Shown: positions 11,562 through 24,465, counted from the whole stretch's first letter. The stretch: 55,298 nt of DNA, filler included, from Sphacelaria rigidula (GCA_964200075.2; 6 parts of 6 records of this genome joined end to end with filler, not necessarily neighbours in it), one strand, 5' to 3'. Notes: generated by a model from the sequence alone, not told the origin. Made by a program: numbers and translations.

Positions 11562-11742
11562 TTACCGTTAGACAGCAAGCACCGCCTCGGGACAGTCACA
11601 CAGGCAGACAGTCCAGGGACACCCGAGGGTTTCCAGGCGGCGGGGAGTTGGCTTTTGACAGGGGTGGGGACCTGTTTGTGGAACAGCCGAGACGCTCACC
11701 GAGTCCACCATGCGTGTTTGGAAGTTTCTCAGAGAAAATGAT

Positions 11743-13500
11743 CAAGGTTGTGTTCTGTAGGGTGCGGTTTTCTGTGTACCCGGGGTATTTGGCCGGGTAT
11801 TTACCTTACCCGACAGTTTTGTGACTTCTACAAGACTTGTATACCGGTACCCGGCAGTTCTGCGATCTCCGTGAGACTTTCATACCCGTACCCGATAGTT
11901 CTGTAATCTTTGTTAGACTCCCGTACCGCCATCGGGGGGCACGGGTACGCTGTTGATGAGATACCCGATTGCAGGTACGGCTTTCTGTGCAACCTCCATA
12001 CCCTACCTGACAGTTTCTGTGAGCTCTGTAAGCCTCTCATAACCTTACCCGACAGTTCTGTGAGTTCTATACAGAACGTTTACGAGTACCCGGAGCGCGG
12101 GTATTCTCTTGAAGAAATACCCGATCACCCGTACGGTTTTTCTGCAAGTCTCCCATACCGTACCCGACAAGTTGTGTAATTTCTGTAAGACTTTCATCCA
12201 GTACCGGTACCCGACAGTTCTGTGGGCTCTGTAAGCATCCCATACCCCTACCCGGGGGGTTAGGGTATACCGTTGTGGATATACCCGATTGCAGGTATGA
12301 GCACAGTTATATACCTTGGGGAGGTACGGATAAAGGTTCAATCCAAACACAACCTCATGACCTGAACATGTACCTCTCATCGATCAACCCACCCAACTCC
12401 TCCATTCAAAACTCCACACCAACAATAATTCAGTGTTGAAAAGTTCTTTGGTTTGGAATCTGACGGGATACGAGGTACCACTGGGTGGAAACACGAAACA
12501 TGAACAACACTGCAGACCGCCAGGGTGGACCACCTTCAGACTCGAGTGGTGGCTCGAGCGGGGGCGGTTCATCTGCGCCACCAGGGGATCAAGTAGCAAG
12601 ACGCACATCATCGACGTTGATGGTGGCTATGTCGTGGTCATCAAACCCCAAGCCTTTATCGACATGTACAGCACAGAGCGAGCTGCCACCGAAAGTCTTC
12701 GAGGCCGCCGGCGATTTGTCGCGTGCCGAAGGGCTTTCAGAGAGCGGGTAGCCGTGAGTGCTCCTTCATGTACTCTCTGGGAGAGTGCGTGAAGCCGCTA
12801 GATGTTGACGACCCCGGCACATGTTCTGCCTCGATTGTTCGTGTGGTCTTTCTCGATCAACCCCGTGGAGCCGTTCAGAGTTTTCGTGATTAGTCGTCTG
12901 TATTTCGCCACTGTTATAGTGACGTAGGCCCCACCACAGGGGTGATGATAGTAGATAATACCAAGGTGGTGTTTTGCAGGGTACGGTTTTCTGTATAACC
13001 AGGGTATTTTGCCGGGTATTTACCGTACCCAACAGTTCTGTAAACTCTGTAAGACCTTCATATACGTACCCAATAGTTCTGTGAGTTCTGTAAGCCGCCC
13101 GTACCGTTACCGGGGAGATCGGGTAAGCTTTTGATAAGATACCCGGTTGCGGTTACGGTTTCTGGGCAACCTCCATACCCAACCCGACAGTTTCTGTGAG
13201 TTCTGTAAGCCTCCCATACCCTTACCCGACAGTTCTGTGAGTTCTGTACAAACCTTTACCCTGACACAAGGGGCGGGTATGCCCCAAAAGAGTTACCCGA
13301 TTGCCGATACCGGTTTCTGTAAGCCTCCCATACCGTACCCGACATTTCCTGTAATTTCTGTAAGACTTTCATACTGGTACCCGACAGTCTTGTAAACTTT
13401 CTTTGTAAGACTTTCATACCGGTACCCGATATTTCTGTAAGTTCTGTAAGGAATCTCATACCGTACACAACGTACCCGTACCTTACAGAGCACAACCTTG
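11743..13500 (+). mobile_element. Composite non-autonomous DNA transposon (hAT-like), copy 1
   Basis: Outer TIR CAAGGTTGTGTTCTGTAGGGT / ACCTTACAGAGCACAACCTTG. Arm A 11743-12318 and arm B 12962-13500 are each bounded by CAAGG...CCTTG and filled with TACCCGACAGTTCTGT repeats. Cargo 12319-12961. A reverse-complement copy lies at 49886-51720. Confidence 0.8.
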
Positions 13501-15041
13501 AAAATTACAACCCAGGAACGAGGCGCGAGAGGAGCGGAGTGACTGCTCTGACCAATCACGGCTATCAAAACGGCCACTGTGCTCCCCTACAGATAGACTA
13601 CAGGCGGACTACTTCGCTGTCTAGCCGGTAAATGGGAGTCCGGTCCCAACAGGGATATTATCCAAACTTTCGCGGCAGTCCTGATACTTTCGAGGGATGG
13701 CTGGTACTCCTCTAGCGTATTTCTATCTTGCACGCACATGTCACATCATCTCAACTAACTGTACTTCCTTGTGTACTGTGTGTAGTACCGCGGCTACTAA
13801 ACGTACATCAGCAGCTGTATCTTTTACAACGGTATATGAAACAGTCAGCGTCCCATCGCTGTCCTCTGAACGGAGTCCACTGCACGCTGTCCTATCTTTG
13901 CTCATTATTGTTCCGCAAAAACAGTACAGACAGAGAGCAGACTAGGAAGGGGAATTAAAAGCACAAGACAGCAGAAAAATATTGTCGTAAAATGTATATG
14001 TAAGGCCGCTCCTTATAGCAGACAAGGATATAAATCTAGAAAAGTGCCTTTTTGGAGCTTGTAAGTCTTTTTTCGCCCTAAAGGACAGCTAGGCAGATTT
14101 TGACACCTTGGAATGACTCGGGGTACTCGTTGAGATGGTTCCAGCACATCTGTGCGTTTTCGCGGTGGCCACAATTTCTTCTTTGCCCAGACTTGAATTT
14201 TTCTCGGAGATGCTCGTTTTCCTCGGAGATCGGTCAAGTCCACATGGATTCGCGAAGTTTTTCTGCGCTTGGATTGGTTTCTACGATCCCATCCACTCCC
14301 CTCCCATCCCAAAGGGGTGCCCTGAAAAAATAATTCCAGACTCACGCCCTCTCTTTTCATTTTCGGCCGTCCTCGGTTGCGGGGCATACTAATCCCTACG
14401 TGAACCTACGTCCACGCTAATTTTTATTCAAAACGAGTCACTCGATCGAAGATTTGGGGAGAAAAACTACTCAACCTGAAAATAGGTGAAGCAAGTCACT
14501 TGATCTTGCCTAGCTTAGGCAGTTTACTTGATGTAAGAGCAGGGGATGCGAATTGTAAGAACCGAGTGAGGATGAACCGAGTATGGAGCCTCTTGACGTG
14601 CCGTGCTATTACACATTATATTTCTGGATAATAAGTTATTACAACCGCGATATCGTACGGTAATGCATGCGTATACCCCCCATCTCCCCCGTTTTACCGA
14701 TTTTCTTCGAGGTTTCTTGGGTTATGTACGATTAAACTGCAGAAAAACACGATGCAAGCGATGCGCTACATAGACCTGTGCAATCTATTTTGAATTCTCT
14801 GATCTCGGTTCCTTCTTTGTGTCACCCAACAACAACAACAACAACAACACACGGTGAGACAGACAAGCGCGTAGACGCCGGATTAGTTATTAACACATAC
14901 ATGCACATGAAACGAACATACATATTCAAGCTAACGAAACCGACAAGGGCAAAAAAAAAAGGGACGTGCGTCATGAGCATCATCGTCCACTTTTTTCACC
15001 GCCATTGGTCTGTGCTACTGGTGACACGCTGTGGTAAAAAG

Positions 15042-15089
15042 TGGAGCTGGCTGACGCTGCTGAACCCCCGCGCGCCGGTGCAATACATG
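15042..15089 (+). CDS. NCS2/NAT purine permease, probable 5' exon (WSWLTLLNPRAPVQYM)
   Basis: AAG acceptor and GT donor, phase 0, joining in frame to the next exon. The 5' boundary is uncertain because the frame is open further upstream. Confidence 0.5.
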
Positions 15090-15379
15090 GTGAAACACGG
15101 AACTATTGCGAATTATCGGATTTCTATTTCATCGCATGCGCGTTTCGTTCGAATCTAGTTCGAAGAATAACCAACATTGATTTCCCTCCTCCCCACCAGG
15201 CCCCAACAATACTGGCTGTTTTTTTTCTTGACGAGTACCGAATGACTCATTCTGACAAATCGTTTGTACACCCGTTTGTTTTGCACTGCTACCACTACGA
15301 CGGCGGTTTCTCTCGTGACGGGGGGCGTCGACGAACAACACCGTTGTCAACCCACGTGCTATATATGAACAAACGACAG

Positions 15380-15466
15380 TGCAAGCGGGAACCGCAGCAA
15401 CAACCTCCATTTTTCGGGCACAATGATCCCATCGCTCCGTTTGTTGCCGTGGCCATGGGGCTCCAG
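15380..15466 (+). CDS. NCS2/NAT (UapA-like uric acid/xanthine) permease exon
   Basis: CAG|CKREPQQQPPFFGHNDPIAPFVAVAMGLQ|GTACGT resembles the UapA-type PPFFG.N......LGLQ segment preceding TM1. Confidence 0.85.
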
Positions 15467-16067
15467 GTACGTTTTGTAATGATGATTGGCAAAAATGAAA
15501 TTTCAGAACTCTTATATAAATGCGAGTAGTTAGTCCTGCGTTTAATGCAAAGCACAGACATGAATAGGTATGGATAATAATGGTGCTTTTATCTACCGTA
15601 TGTAGTAGCGTGTCTTCGGTGCCTTAGTTCCCCCACCCTCCCCCGCGTTCCATCCAACTCAACTTTTTTTCCATTCGTTTTTGTTCGCGAGAGACGTCAC
15701 AGATGTACACACCTTTCCGCGGTATGAAGCTTTGAACGGGTATACCTTACACGACCTCAAAAGTGAAGGAAAACTCGAAGCGTAGCGAAGATCTATGTGC
15801 GCTCCATGGGTCGGCACTGAATACTAATACTACATTCAAGTAAATGGGACAAAGCGATTGGATCGGGGGGACGGGATAAGGAAGGGCGTGCTGTAGAAAA
15901 AGCCGGATTCGAAAGTTAAAGTTCGGGGAATGAAATTCCTATAGTAGTAAGGCGGACTGAACAAAAGCTCTCAACCGTTTCACTCCTCTGTGAATATGCA
16001 CTCCACGTTCGGATGCTTGCTCTCTGTCGTACATGACTGGTTGTCATCATCCCGTCCTCGCGTGCAG

Positions 16068-16138
16068 CATGCGCTTGCTATGGTTGGAGGCGTGATCACC
16101 GTCCCTCTCCTCGTCGCCGGTGAATTCAACGCGAACCT
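16068..16138 (+). CDS. NCS2/NAT permease exon (TM1)
   Basis: TGCAG|HALAMVGGVITVPLLVAGEFNAN(L)|GTGAGT; splicing rebuilds the conserved TM1 motif GLQ-HALAM. Downstream exons were not found on this contig. Confidence 0.88.
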
Positions 16139-16497
16139 GTGAGTGCCCGAGTAATCTATACTCTGTGTAGAGTTCACGCGATCCGACCGCCATATCACCA
16201 CGGCTTACCCGAGTCTGTTGTCGTATCGCCGCGTTGAAAACATACTTGTTCTTGGCTTAGGACCATCACATTTAGATGCTTGAAAATATAACGTTTCCAA
16301 TGATGCTGCCGTTGATATTCCGGCTGAGGCTCAGGACCTCTATCGTGGACGTCACTGTGAAGACAAGAGTCTTCAATGGCAATTTCTTGTTGTCACGTCG
16401 GTGTTGAATCCGCTTTAATTTTTTGCATGTCCATTTTTACTTTCTCTCAAATGATGCAGCATGTATCATCCCACTCCTCTGTACCAGAGCAATGCTA

Positions 16498-16732
16498 CGG
16501 TAGGGGTGCACTTTTCCCGCGAAACTATGTCTTGTTCAGGAGCTCCTAACGATTCTAGATGCACAAAAATATGGATCAGGGCATCCCCGTTTGCAAATCC
16601 ATTCGGGATATCTCCAGCACATTGGAGTAGTAATCCTGACGTACTTTCACATATTTTTATAGTTCGCGTTTTGCATGAGATAAAGGGCTCCTGACAATTC
16701 TAACCTCGGAAAATATTTCTGCACCCCTACCG
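16498..16732. mobile_element. Tc1/mariner-type MITE (235 bp), probably in a permease intron
   Basis: TIR CGGTAGGGGTGCA / TGCACCCCTACCG with TA on both flanks. Confidence 0.8.
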
Positions 16733-17154
16733 TATCATCACTCTTCCCCCATTTTCAGGGTAGTTTTGAGGAGAAATGAACACTGCTCTTGGGCCTCATA
16801 TCAGTTTTTTAGCTCAATTCTTCGAACTGTGATTTGAAATTCAGGATGAAGAACCACAGAGGTATGCTGAATTGAAGTAAAAATGGGCCCTCAATGTATA
16901 TATATATATAGTGGGAGATTTTCGAGCGTTCTTGTAAAAATTGGCGTTTCTACACTAAAAATGCCCTAAACCAGTGAAGAAAGAAAATCAATCTGACCCA
17001 CTTTGTCTTGTTAATTACGCCCTAGCAAGGAGCCACACAAATTTTCATTACACAAACACCAAATGTGGGCCGATCAGTGGCCTGCAAAATACTGTCCCGA
17101 ATTTCTTCCGACCCGGTCACTAAACGGCCCATTCACCGGCTAGTATTCAGCTCT

Positions 17155-17381
17155 AGAGTTGGACCCTGAAATTTGGTATGGACAATGAATAGGGTGTAGG
17201 GTGTAATGAAAACAAGAACCAGCGCGCCCAAGTTTTTTTTCCCCCATGAACTGAGGGCATTGTACTGATACCTGAGAACTGACTATTGCCCTTAACTCAT
17301 GAAAAACAAAATGTGTGCACTGATATTTGTTTTTATTATGCCCTATTCAATGCCCATACCAAATTTCAGGGTCCAACTCCG
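17155..17381. repeat. Inverted repeat pair (~40 bp), probably part of a TIR element
   Basis: GAGTTGGACCCTGAAATTTGGTATGGACAATGAATAGGG vs CCCTATTCAATGCCCATACCAAATTTCAGGGTCCAACTC. Confidence 0.7.
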
Positions 17382-18368
17382 AATATTGGCCGATCAATGG
17401 GCCTGCAAACCACAAATTAGTTTCTCGGCTGGCCCACCTCGTAGCGAGAAAAGAGCCATTCAGATCTCCAAATGTGGCATGGTCCATCTGATTCCATCTG
17501 GGAGAGATTAACAGTCCAAGGGCCAACGCGCGATTTCTCCATTTAAAGGATGTACTTTAAAGTATTATTTTATAACCAAGTGTATCCAAGGAAACGAAGA
17601 AAAGCGTCGATGGTCGGTAATATGTTGCCGAACAGCTCAGATGTTTTTCGAAGGCTAACACCCCCCCGTGAGCACACCTAGCCGTCAGGCTTACTTTATT
17701 CTTTCGTAGTTGTGACGGTTAGCCGTGGGGTTGAAGGTCCTTATCTGTTTATATGAAAAATGATGGTTTACGTCAGGGTCATTATTTGGTGTTCGCCGGT
17801 TTGTTGATCTTTACGCATGCAAGACCCGTGCCGTTGATATCTGCGCCCTTTCTGCCACGCGCGTCAGCCGTGCCTCACCACCTGCAGTAATTATTGCTAG
17901 AGTTATTCAACGAGAAAAAGTAAGTCCCGACTCTTGAGCAGATGGACACCTTTCCCCTGATCCGACGATCTGAACCGTCTGAAATCAGGGAAGGAACTAT
18001 CACATGAGACATATCAAATTTCACTGCGTGCTGCAGCACAAACACACGTACGCCCTCTCTCATGTGCTGTATTGCTGTCGCTGTGTCACGACATGTGCCG
18101 CTTTAACCGAGGGGCACTCTCAATTTGGGTACAGAAACGCGTCCAGCACGGCACGTCAGACTCCTTGTCTGGGGCACAACTCGTGAGGAGTTCACGCACA
18201 ATAGGTTGATGTCTACTTGACTCAAGGCTTTTGTTTATAGAATGCTTTTTTTCTTCTTGCTCAATGCTTTTGCTTCTTGCTCAATGCTCTTCCAAGCTTA
18301 ACAGTGTTTTCGTGAGATTGAGAGTAGATGATACGATTGAGAGTGGCTTTGATCATTCCCTTTAAGTG

Positions 18369-18468
18369 NNNNNNNNNNNNNNNNNNNNNNNNNNNNNNNN
18401 NNNNNNNNNNNNTTAATTAATTAANNNNNNNNNNNNNNNNNNNNNNNNNNNNNNNNNNNNNNNNNNNN
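18369..18468. other. Artificial contig spacer
   Basis: 44 N + TTAATTAATTAA + 44 N. Confidence 0.97.
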
Positions 18469-18490
18469 AGGTACACCTGGGCGAAATTTG

Positions 18491-18735
18491 GCCTACAAAA
18501 GGTGAGCGGTTTCTGAAGGTGAGACGTCCGTTTTCGCGTGGCCATATCTCTCGAGTAACATGTTTTTTTCCTGTTTTTTTTTCGAGGCCCAGGTGCCAAT
18601 GGCCCCCCCGAATGATGTGCGTGAAATCGTCGGAGCGGACACGGTCAAAATGGCGTGTTTGGCTGTTTTCGCATTTCTGGCCATTTTTCGTACCTTTCTT
18701 GTGCAAAATACGAGAAGGTATACCTTTTCTAGGCC
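18491..18735. mobile_element. MITE abutting or interrupting the Gypsy 3' LTR
   Basis: TIR GGCCTACAAAAGGT / ACCTTTTCTAGGCC; LTR homology stops a few bases from its right end. Confidence 0.6.
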
Positions 18736-19580
18736 ATTGCTCTTATATCAATCATTGCTCTACGTAACGGCAGCTGGAACCCAGGCTCAGTTTGTGATCA
18801 CGACATAAGCCCGTCCTGTGAACAAGGTATGAAACCATGTACCAGGTGAGTACCTGTGAACAAACTACCGAATTGAAACACGTGGAAGAGCAAACTGCCC
18901 CTGCGCAGAAACCAACACAGGCACCACCCTGGACGACTTAATGTCCCAAAAACAAAAACAAAAAATAAATAAAACAAAGAACAACCGAACGGCAATGAGA
19001 CAACCATTCCTCGATCACCTTCCCATGATCGATCCCTTCTCAAACCCCGGACCAAAGAACTCCATCAGAGGCTTCCCAGTAAACACTAGGTACCCTGCAC
19101 ATGAAAATAAACTCCCCCTCCAAGAGTGCTGACTGCTCCGCTTGTGGGTCACGTACCGATTGCCGACCCCCCCATCCTTTCTACTTCCCGCAGTCCGCTC
19201 CTCGCCCTCGGTGTAGTCGCTGCGCCGAGCATAGCTCCGTCACCAAATCCAAACCGACCCGAGCTCCATCAAATGCTGTGGGCGAAATGTTTTGCGGTTT
19301 TCTTCGGGTTATGATATTAGACACACCAGTCCCCCAGCTTTCCCCGCGAGACCTTCAAATTATCTCTCCTCAAATGCACACTATAACGTTTCCCCAGGTC
19401 CAACATTCGCAAGGTATGCGGCAACAAAAGTTGCTCCGGATTGTCTTGCAGACCAGCCACTTCAGCCAGATGCCAACCGTCCTTCTTGGTTTTGTACTAG
19501 ATATAGCAGCCGATTATGTCAGGGTGATGTACATCGGGCCCTCGTACTTCATCGTCCGTCAAAATACAATCTGGCGGCAC

Positions 19581-20610
19581 CTATCGACCCCTCTTCCCCC
19601 GCGCGACCGACCTCTTTGCCATACTGGTTCTGTACTTGCGGTACCTGGCATACTGACCTCCAGCCTGCACTGGGTTTCCCATCCAGTATGTCAAGATTAC
19701 CTCTTTCCCATATTGCTCGAGATCCTCTTCACTTTCCCATCTCTTGTTCTCACAGTTGTCCCAGGTGGTGCAATTCTGCACGATGGTCTTACCCCCCAAC
19801 CCTCGTGACAACCGACGTTCACTGATGCTGACCGGCGTGACTTGGAATATATCGAGTTCTAGGTTGACATCTTCGGCCGTCAAGTGCAAAGGCGGTGAAC
19901 GTTCCGAAAGTTTGTTGAGCACGTACTGGCTTAAACCCCAAGGTAGATGCTTCGGTTTTTGTGGTCCGTCCATTGGGTTATAACATCGTTTGCACTGCGC
20001 TACTGCAACCCTTGAACTTGAGCCTCCCCCCATTTCATTTTTTTTCACGTCCAGCAACAATAGTTCATTGCCCACTTTTTCACCTTGATCCGTTGTCCCT
20101 GGACCAACGAACAATATTTTATACGGTCCCGTCTAACACTGCGACAATTTCACCGACAGAGTAAACGACGTTTTCCCGGACTCCGACACTGGCACCACCG
20201 CATGACCTCCTCGAGAGAGAGCTCCCCTCTTGTCGTAGACAAACACCCAGTCACCCGCCTCCCACTTCGGTCGACGGTTGGCAATTTCATCCAAGTGGTC
20301 ATTCGGTATCTCGTGTTTGGATTTTGTGATACAGTCTTCCTGCCGTACAAGCTCGTACGCTTTTTTTGTCTATCCCTCATTAGCTGCAACTATTGTAGCT
20401 GGTCTGCCTTTAGACCTTGGTGCCTTTGGGCTCCTCTTCCTTCTAAAATGGCCGTCGGCATTCTAGGGTATCGCCCTCCAGTATGTGGACCTCATTCGGA
20501 GCCAACCCGATACCTCTACTTACGTCATTGTTTTGCGCCGTCACAGCGTGCGTCAACATGCCATCTTATTTTTTCTTATCATTCGCCACCAAATAGGACA
20601 ATATCTGGCA
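19581..20610 (-). pseudogene. Gypsy integrase C-terminal part plus chromodomain
   Basis: LCQILSYLVANDKKK*DGMLTHAVTAQNNDVSRGIGLAPNEVHI, then CKRCYNP..LPWGLSQYVLNK, then chromodomain-like RLSRGLGGKTIVQNCTTWDNCENKRWESEEDLEQYGKEVILTYW. Stops and frameshifts present. Confidence 0.8.
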
Positions 20611-21109
20611 CAGATTTTCCCCAAACTTATGAGCTTCATTAATACCGAGCGTACCCGCGGCACCCGCACTGCCACCATTGGCGGTGGTGATTACATTAAC
20701 GTTGGCATGCGATGGTGCAGTTAACAATCTACTTCCTACTTCAGTAAGTTGGCACGCATGCAGAATTAACCCTGCTTCCCATTTACCAGTGGTCACTAAA
20801 TCCGGGAAAAGCAGCGGAGTGCGATCTTCCACTACCTGGGGTTCTTCCCACGTGTACGCATGTACGGCCGAGACCGACGTTGGGCATACACAAGACAGAT
20901 CATCCCCAGGAGTGTTCGAACGCAGCCCATCCAGACTAAAACTATGCGGCTCTTGGCTCATCCGGCGAAGCCCATCCAAAATTGAACTATGAGGTTGAGA
21001 AAACATTTTGGGCTGTACGCCACTAGCGCCGATAAAGTACACGTCCACATCGTCAGGATTTGTGATGCTGTATTTACCCGAAACGCCATGGGTGGCTGGA
21101 AATGTTGAA

Positions 21110-21990
21110 ATAGCCCTTCAAATCGATTCGAAAGGGATCGGCTGTACCATACTCGATGTCCATTTTGTCCTTGGGAAAACGGTGGGAGTATTTGCACAAC
21201 ACGACAGTCAAATTACCGATATCCTCTACCGTCCAATACTTTCGAGATATCAGCGTTCTCTAACTTTTTCTTTTTTTTTCGAGAGGAGTGACGGCTGTCC
21301 CCAGTACCATACCCGGCTGCACCACCACGTCCTCTGAGCAAAGACTTTTCAAGGGGATCTCCGATTCAACTGCGTCAACAATCATCTCAGTTGGAGACCA
21401 ACCTTTTCCAAATCTCACGTAGTAACTCCTCCACTCTTCCTTCGTCCCATATTTCTTGGTGAGTGTGACGGGAACCCAGTTCAATTTGTTTATAGATTAT
21501 TTGCGTCTGTGCGCCATTAAAACGTACGATAACTCCTTCACCTGCAGCAGGTTCTCCTTCAATGAACCCAATCGCGTTATGAACGAAATCTGCATACTGA
21601 ATGAGTTTCGGCGCAAGGTTTAGAGTCATAATCGTTTCGTCTCGGTTGGCATCAGTGAATTTTCGTAGGGGAAATTGGGATAAACCGTTTCTTCCCATCA
21701 AGATGTCACAAGTCATTTTGCCGTCAGGCACGGCGTTCGCAAATACAGCAAGGCGGGGTGAATCGTTGCGCTGGACACAGCCATGTACCCTGGATATGTC
21801 TTTGAGAAGAAAATTCAGCCTAACCTGCGGGAATGTGGTAAGTGGTAAGTGGTACCCCATTAGCACCTCCCCGCGATATAGGATCTACTCCTCTTATACT
21901 AATCACCCTGGTTGCCCCGCTTGAAAGCAAGTTCTTCCACATGGCACGCGTTACAAACGTGGCCAGGCTACCACTGTAAATGTCACGAGC
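21110..21990 (-). pseudogene. Gypsy aspartic protease and pre-RT linker
   Basis: IYSGSLATFVTRAMW (DSGS with D>Y), DILMGRN, and WTVEDIGNLTVVLCKYSHRFPKDKMDIEYGTADPFRIDLK, which resembles the segment that normally precedes RT. Confidence 0.75.
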
Positions 21991-23203
21991 AGGCACGTTT
22001 TTGTATGGCTTTAGAACCTGTATACATGGATGCTGCGGCTGTATAATTCCTACGATGCAAACGCAGTTCACCAGCCCCTGCTTTGTCTATTGCGGGCAAA
22101 TACACCCCTTCTTCACCTCTCGCGACCGAACAGGATACCGGCGCAGGCGAGAGTACGGGCGTAGACTAGTGTTTTCTTGTGCGGTGGCCGGATGTAAGAT
22201 CCAGAACACAAGTATGATGTTCGCCCTGACCGTACCGCAGTTCATTGAGCGTTCTAGAGGGTTTCGGAGGGACAGAGGATCGACATTTTCATATGGACCC
22301 TTTCGCGGGATACTTGACAGATCGGGGGTAGTGCTAGGTGCATTAACAGTTACTCAAACGTTATTTCCGTACGTACAATCCTTGCTGCCCACTTCTCTTA
22401 CTCGCCGTAACGCTGTGTCGCCTGTATTGTGAGATACCTCTCAAAAATGCTCGACGAGTTTCAGTTCGTTTGCGCGGGACTCCAGCCGCACAAACCGGTC
22501 TGTTTTGGCCGGATAAGAGTCATTTCGTTGAATGTCCGGTCCAAGGGTCGAATAATTATTTGTTGATTCACAACGTGACATCGCTATCCTACGATCCTGG
22601 ATAGCTCTTGCATCGAGATCATTTACAGAGTGTAAAGCCCACTTCACACCGGGCCTATCCTGCGCCCTAGGGACAGTGGTCATGGTATTACGTGTATACC
22701 GACCACTCGTCTTCACTTTCAACTACCCACAACTAGGGTCGTTGCTTGGAACTGAAGAACAAATCAGGGAGCGACCCTTCATTTTATCCTCGTTCCGGTG
22801 ACCAGAAGACTCTACAACACCATTCAAAACGCCTGATCTTGAGGCCTCTGCTAAAAGCAACGAACTTACCCCCGACTTATCCAAACACGGTGTGGAGTCA
22901 TCAGTTCCACGAGTGACTGGTGACATCAAGGATCGTTCAGTACTTACATCACATACACTAGATGAATCGCACCTCACCTCTAAACCAAAATCTGTCGCGT
23001 GCCAAACAGAATTGGTTGCACAGTGCCTGGGCTACTGGCACCTTTCAACGTCGAACAATTATTTCTACATACGGGTTCATGATTTTCGAACCCATTAACA
23101 CAACACTAAAATGTGGCGCAGCGTTTGAAACCCGCCCAACAGGACTCTCACCAACAGGCTTATTTGCCACCGATATGCCAGCCATAGTCATACCGCCAAA
23201 CCG

Positions 23204-24440
23204 TCAGCTCCGCTGGCTGCGCTCCTGCATATACACACGCAACCGTTGCTGCCACCTGCGCCACCGTGCAGCTATCTCATCCTCCGAACCAAGCTCGATG
23301 GCATGACGAACCAGCCCTGAACTATTCAAAAACGGCTCCGGACCATCACGAGCCAAAGTATGCTCGCTACTATCACAGCTCAAACAATGGGGACCACACG
23401 CGTTACGTTTTGCAATGATTTCTCCCTTACTACCCCATGGTTCGTAAAATGGCGGGGCATTGTGCGGGCCAAATACATGCTTGTTGCGTTTTCTTTCACC
23501 GAACGCACACACACAACCATTATCGTATTCCTCGGGCCCGTCTGCCAAGCGCAGAACAGCCGCGAAATCCTCCACGCGAGGTTTGACCAGCAGAGCAGGG
23601 TCAGTGACATCTGTGACGGAGGGTGCATCATGAATTCGTACAGGGCCCAAATCTTGTCGGTATCCGGGTGGGACGTGCGAAACAACCGAACATCATGCGA
23701 CCGCAGACCAGCAATACTAGCAGTGGTTGGGTCATCTTTCGCCACCGACACAGAGGCAACACGGCCCGAACGAGATTTCGGTTCTCCGTCTCCACAACTA
23801 AAATCAGCCGTATATGCGATAGCCGAGCGCTCACCAGCGTCAAAATTTTTAAACGTACTACTAACGTTTGAATCAGTTTCTCCCATCCCGACGGGAGACG
23901 AGTCGGCCACGGTCGCAGCCGTCAAGGACTGGACCTGAGACGCAAACCTCACGTGAGGCATACTACCAGCGTCACGACTAGAACCATGCGACGGCGAGTC
24001 CAGTGAAGCCGAACACGCGCGCCCGGGACCAGAGGCCGAGCGGGCGCTTCTGCGCACACCCACATTTCCGGGGTCTGGAACACCCCCAACAAACGTCGCC
24101 ACAACACCTACAGGCAGACGTTGTAAAACACCCAGCGCCTCGTCATTCGGCAGAGAGCGACTTGGGGCCCGGTCAAGCGGAACAGTCTCAACTGCAGCAG
24201 CGCTTAACGATGAGTCAACTGACGCACTAGGCACGTCACGGGGCGACGGGACAACGGCCGACGCACTATGAGATGGCACGGAACAAGCAGTCCGCCCCTG
24301 GGCAAGGGAGCGGGTCCAGAGAGGAACACTACCAGCAGAGTAGCCAAAACCAGTTATGACACACGCGGAAACAGAAAACGCCGCACCTGAAGCCGACATC
24401 GCAGAGCGATCCAACAGCGCCACGCAAAGAACAAAACGAG
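23204..24440 (-). pseudogene. Gypsy gag remnant
   Basis: Long frameshifted ORFs after the PBS, with a degenerate zinc knuckle CLSCDSSEH followed by PFLNSSG...RWRRWQQRLR. Confidence 0.65.
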
Positions 24441-24444
24441 CCCA

Positions 24445-24464
24445 GACCGAAGACGTCGGCGCCA
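24445..24464 (-). promoter_or_regulatory. Primer-binding site
   Basis: TGGCGCCGACGTC starts 1 nt after the LTR end (TGACA-G-TGG), complementary to a tRNA 3' end ..GGCGCCA. The tRNA is not identified. Confidence 0.7.
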
Positions 24465-24465
24465 C

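Noticed and set aside
17775..17890. Next permease exon (GHYLVFAGLLIF..)
   Set aside because: Phase does not match the 16138 donor, similarity is weak, and the frame ends in a stop.
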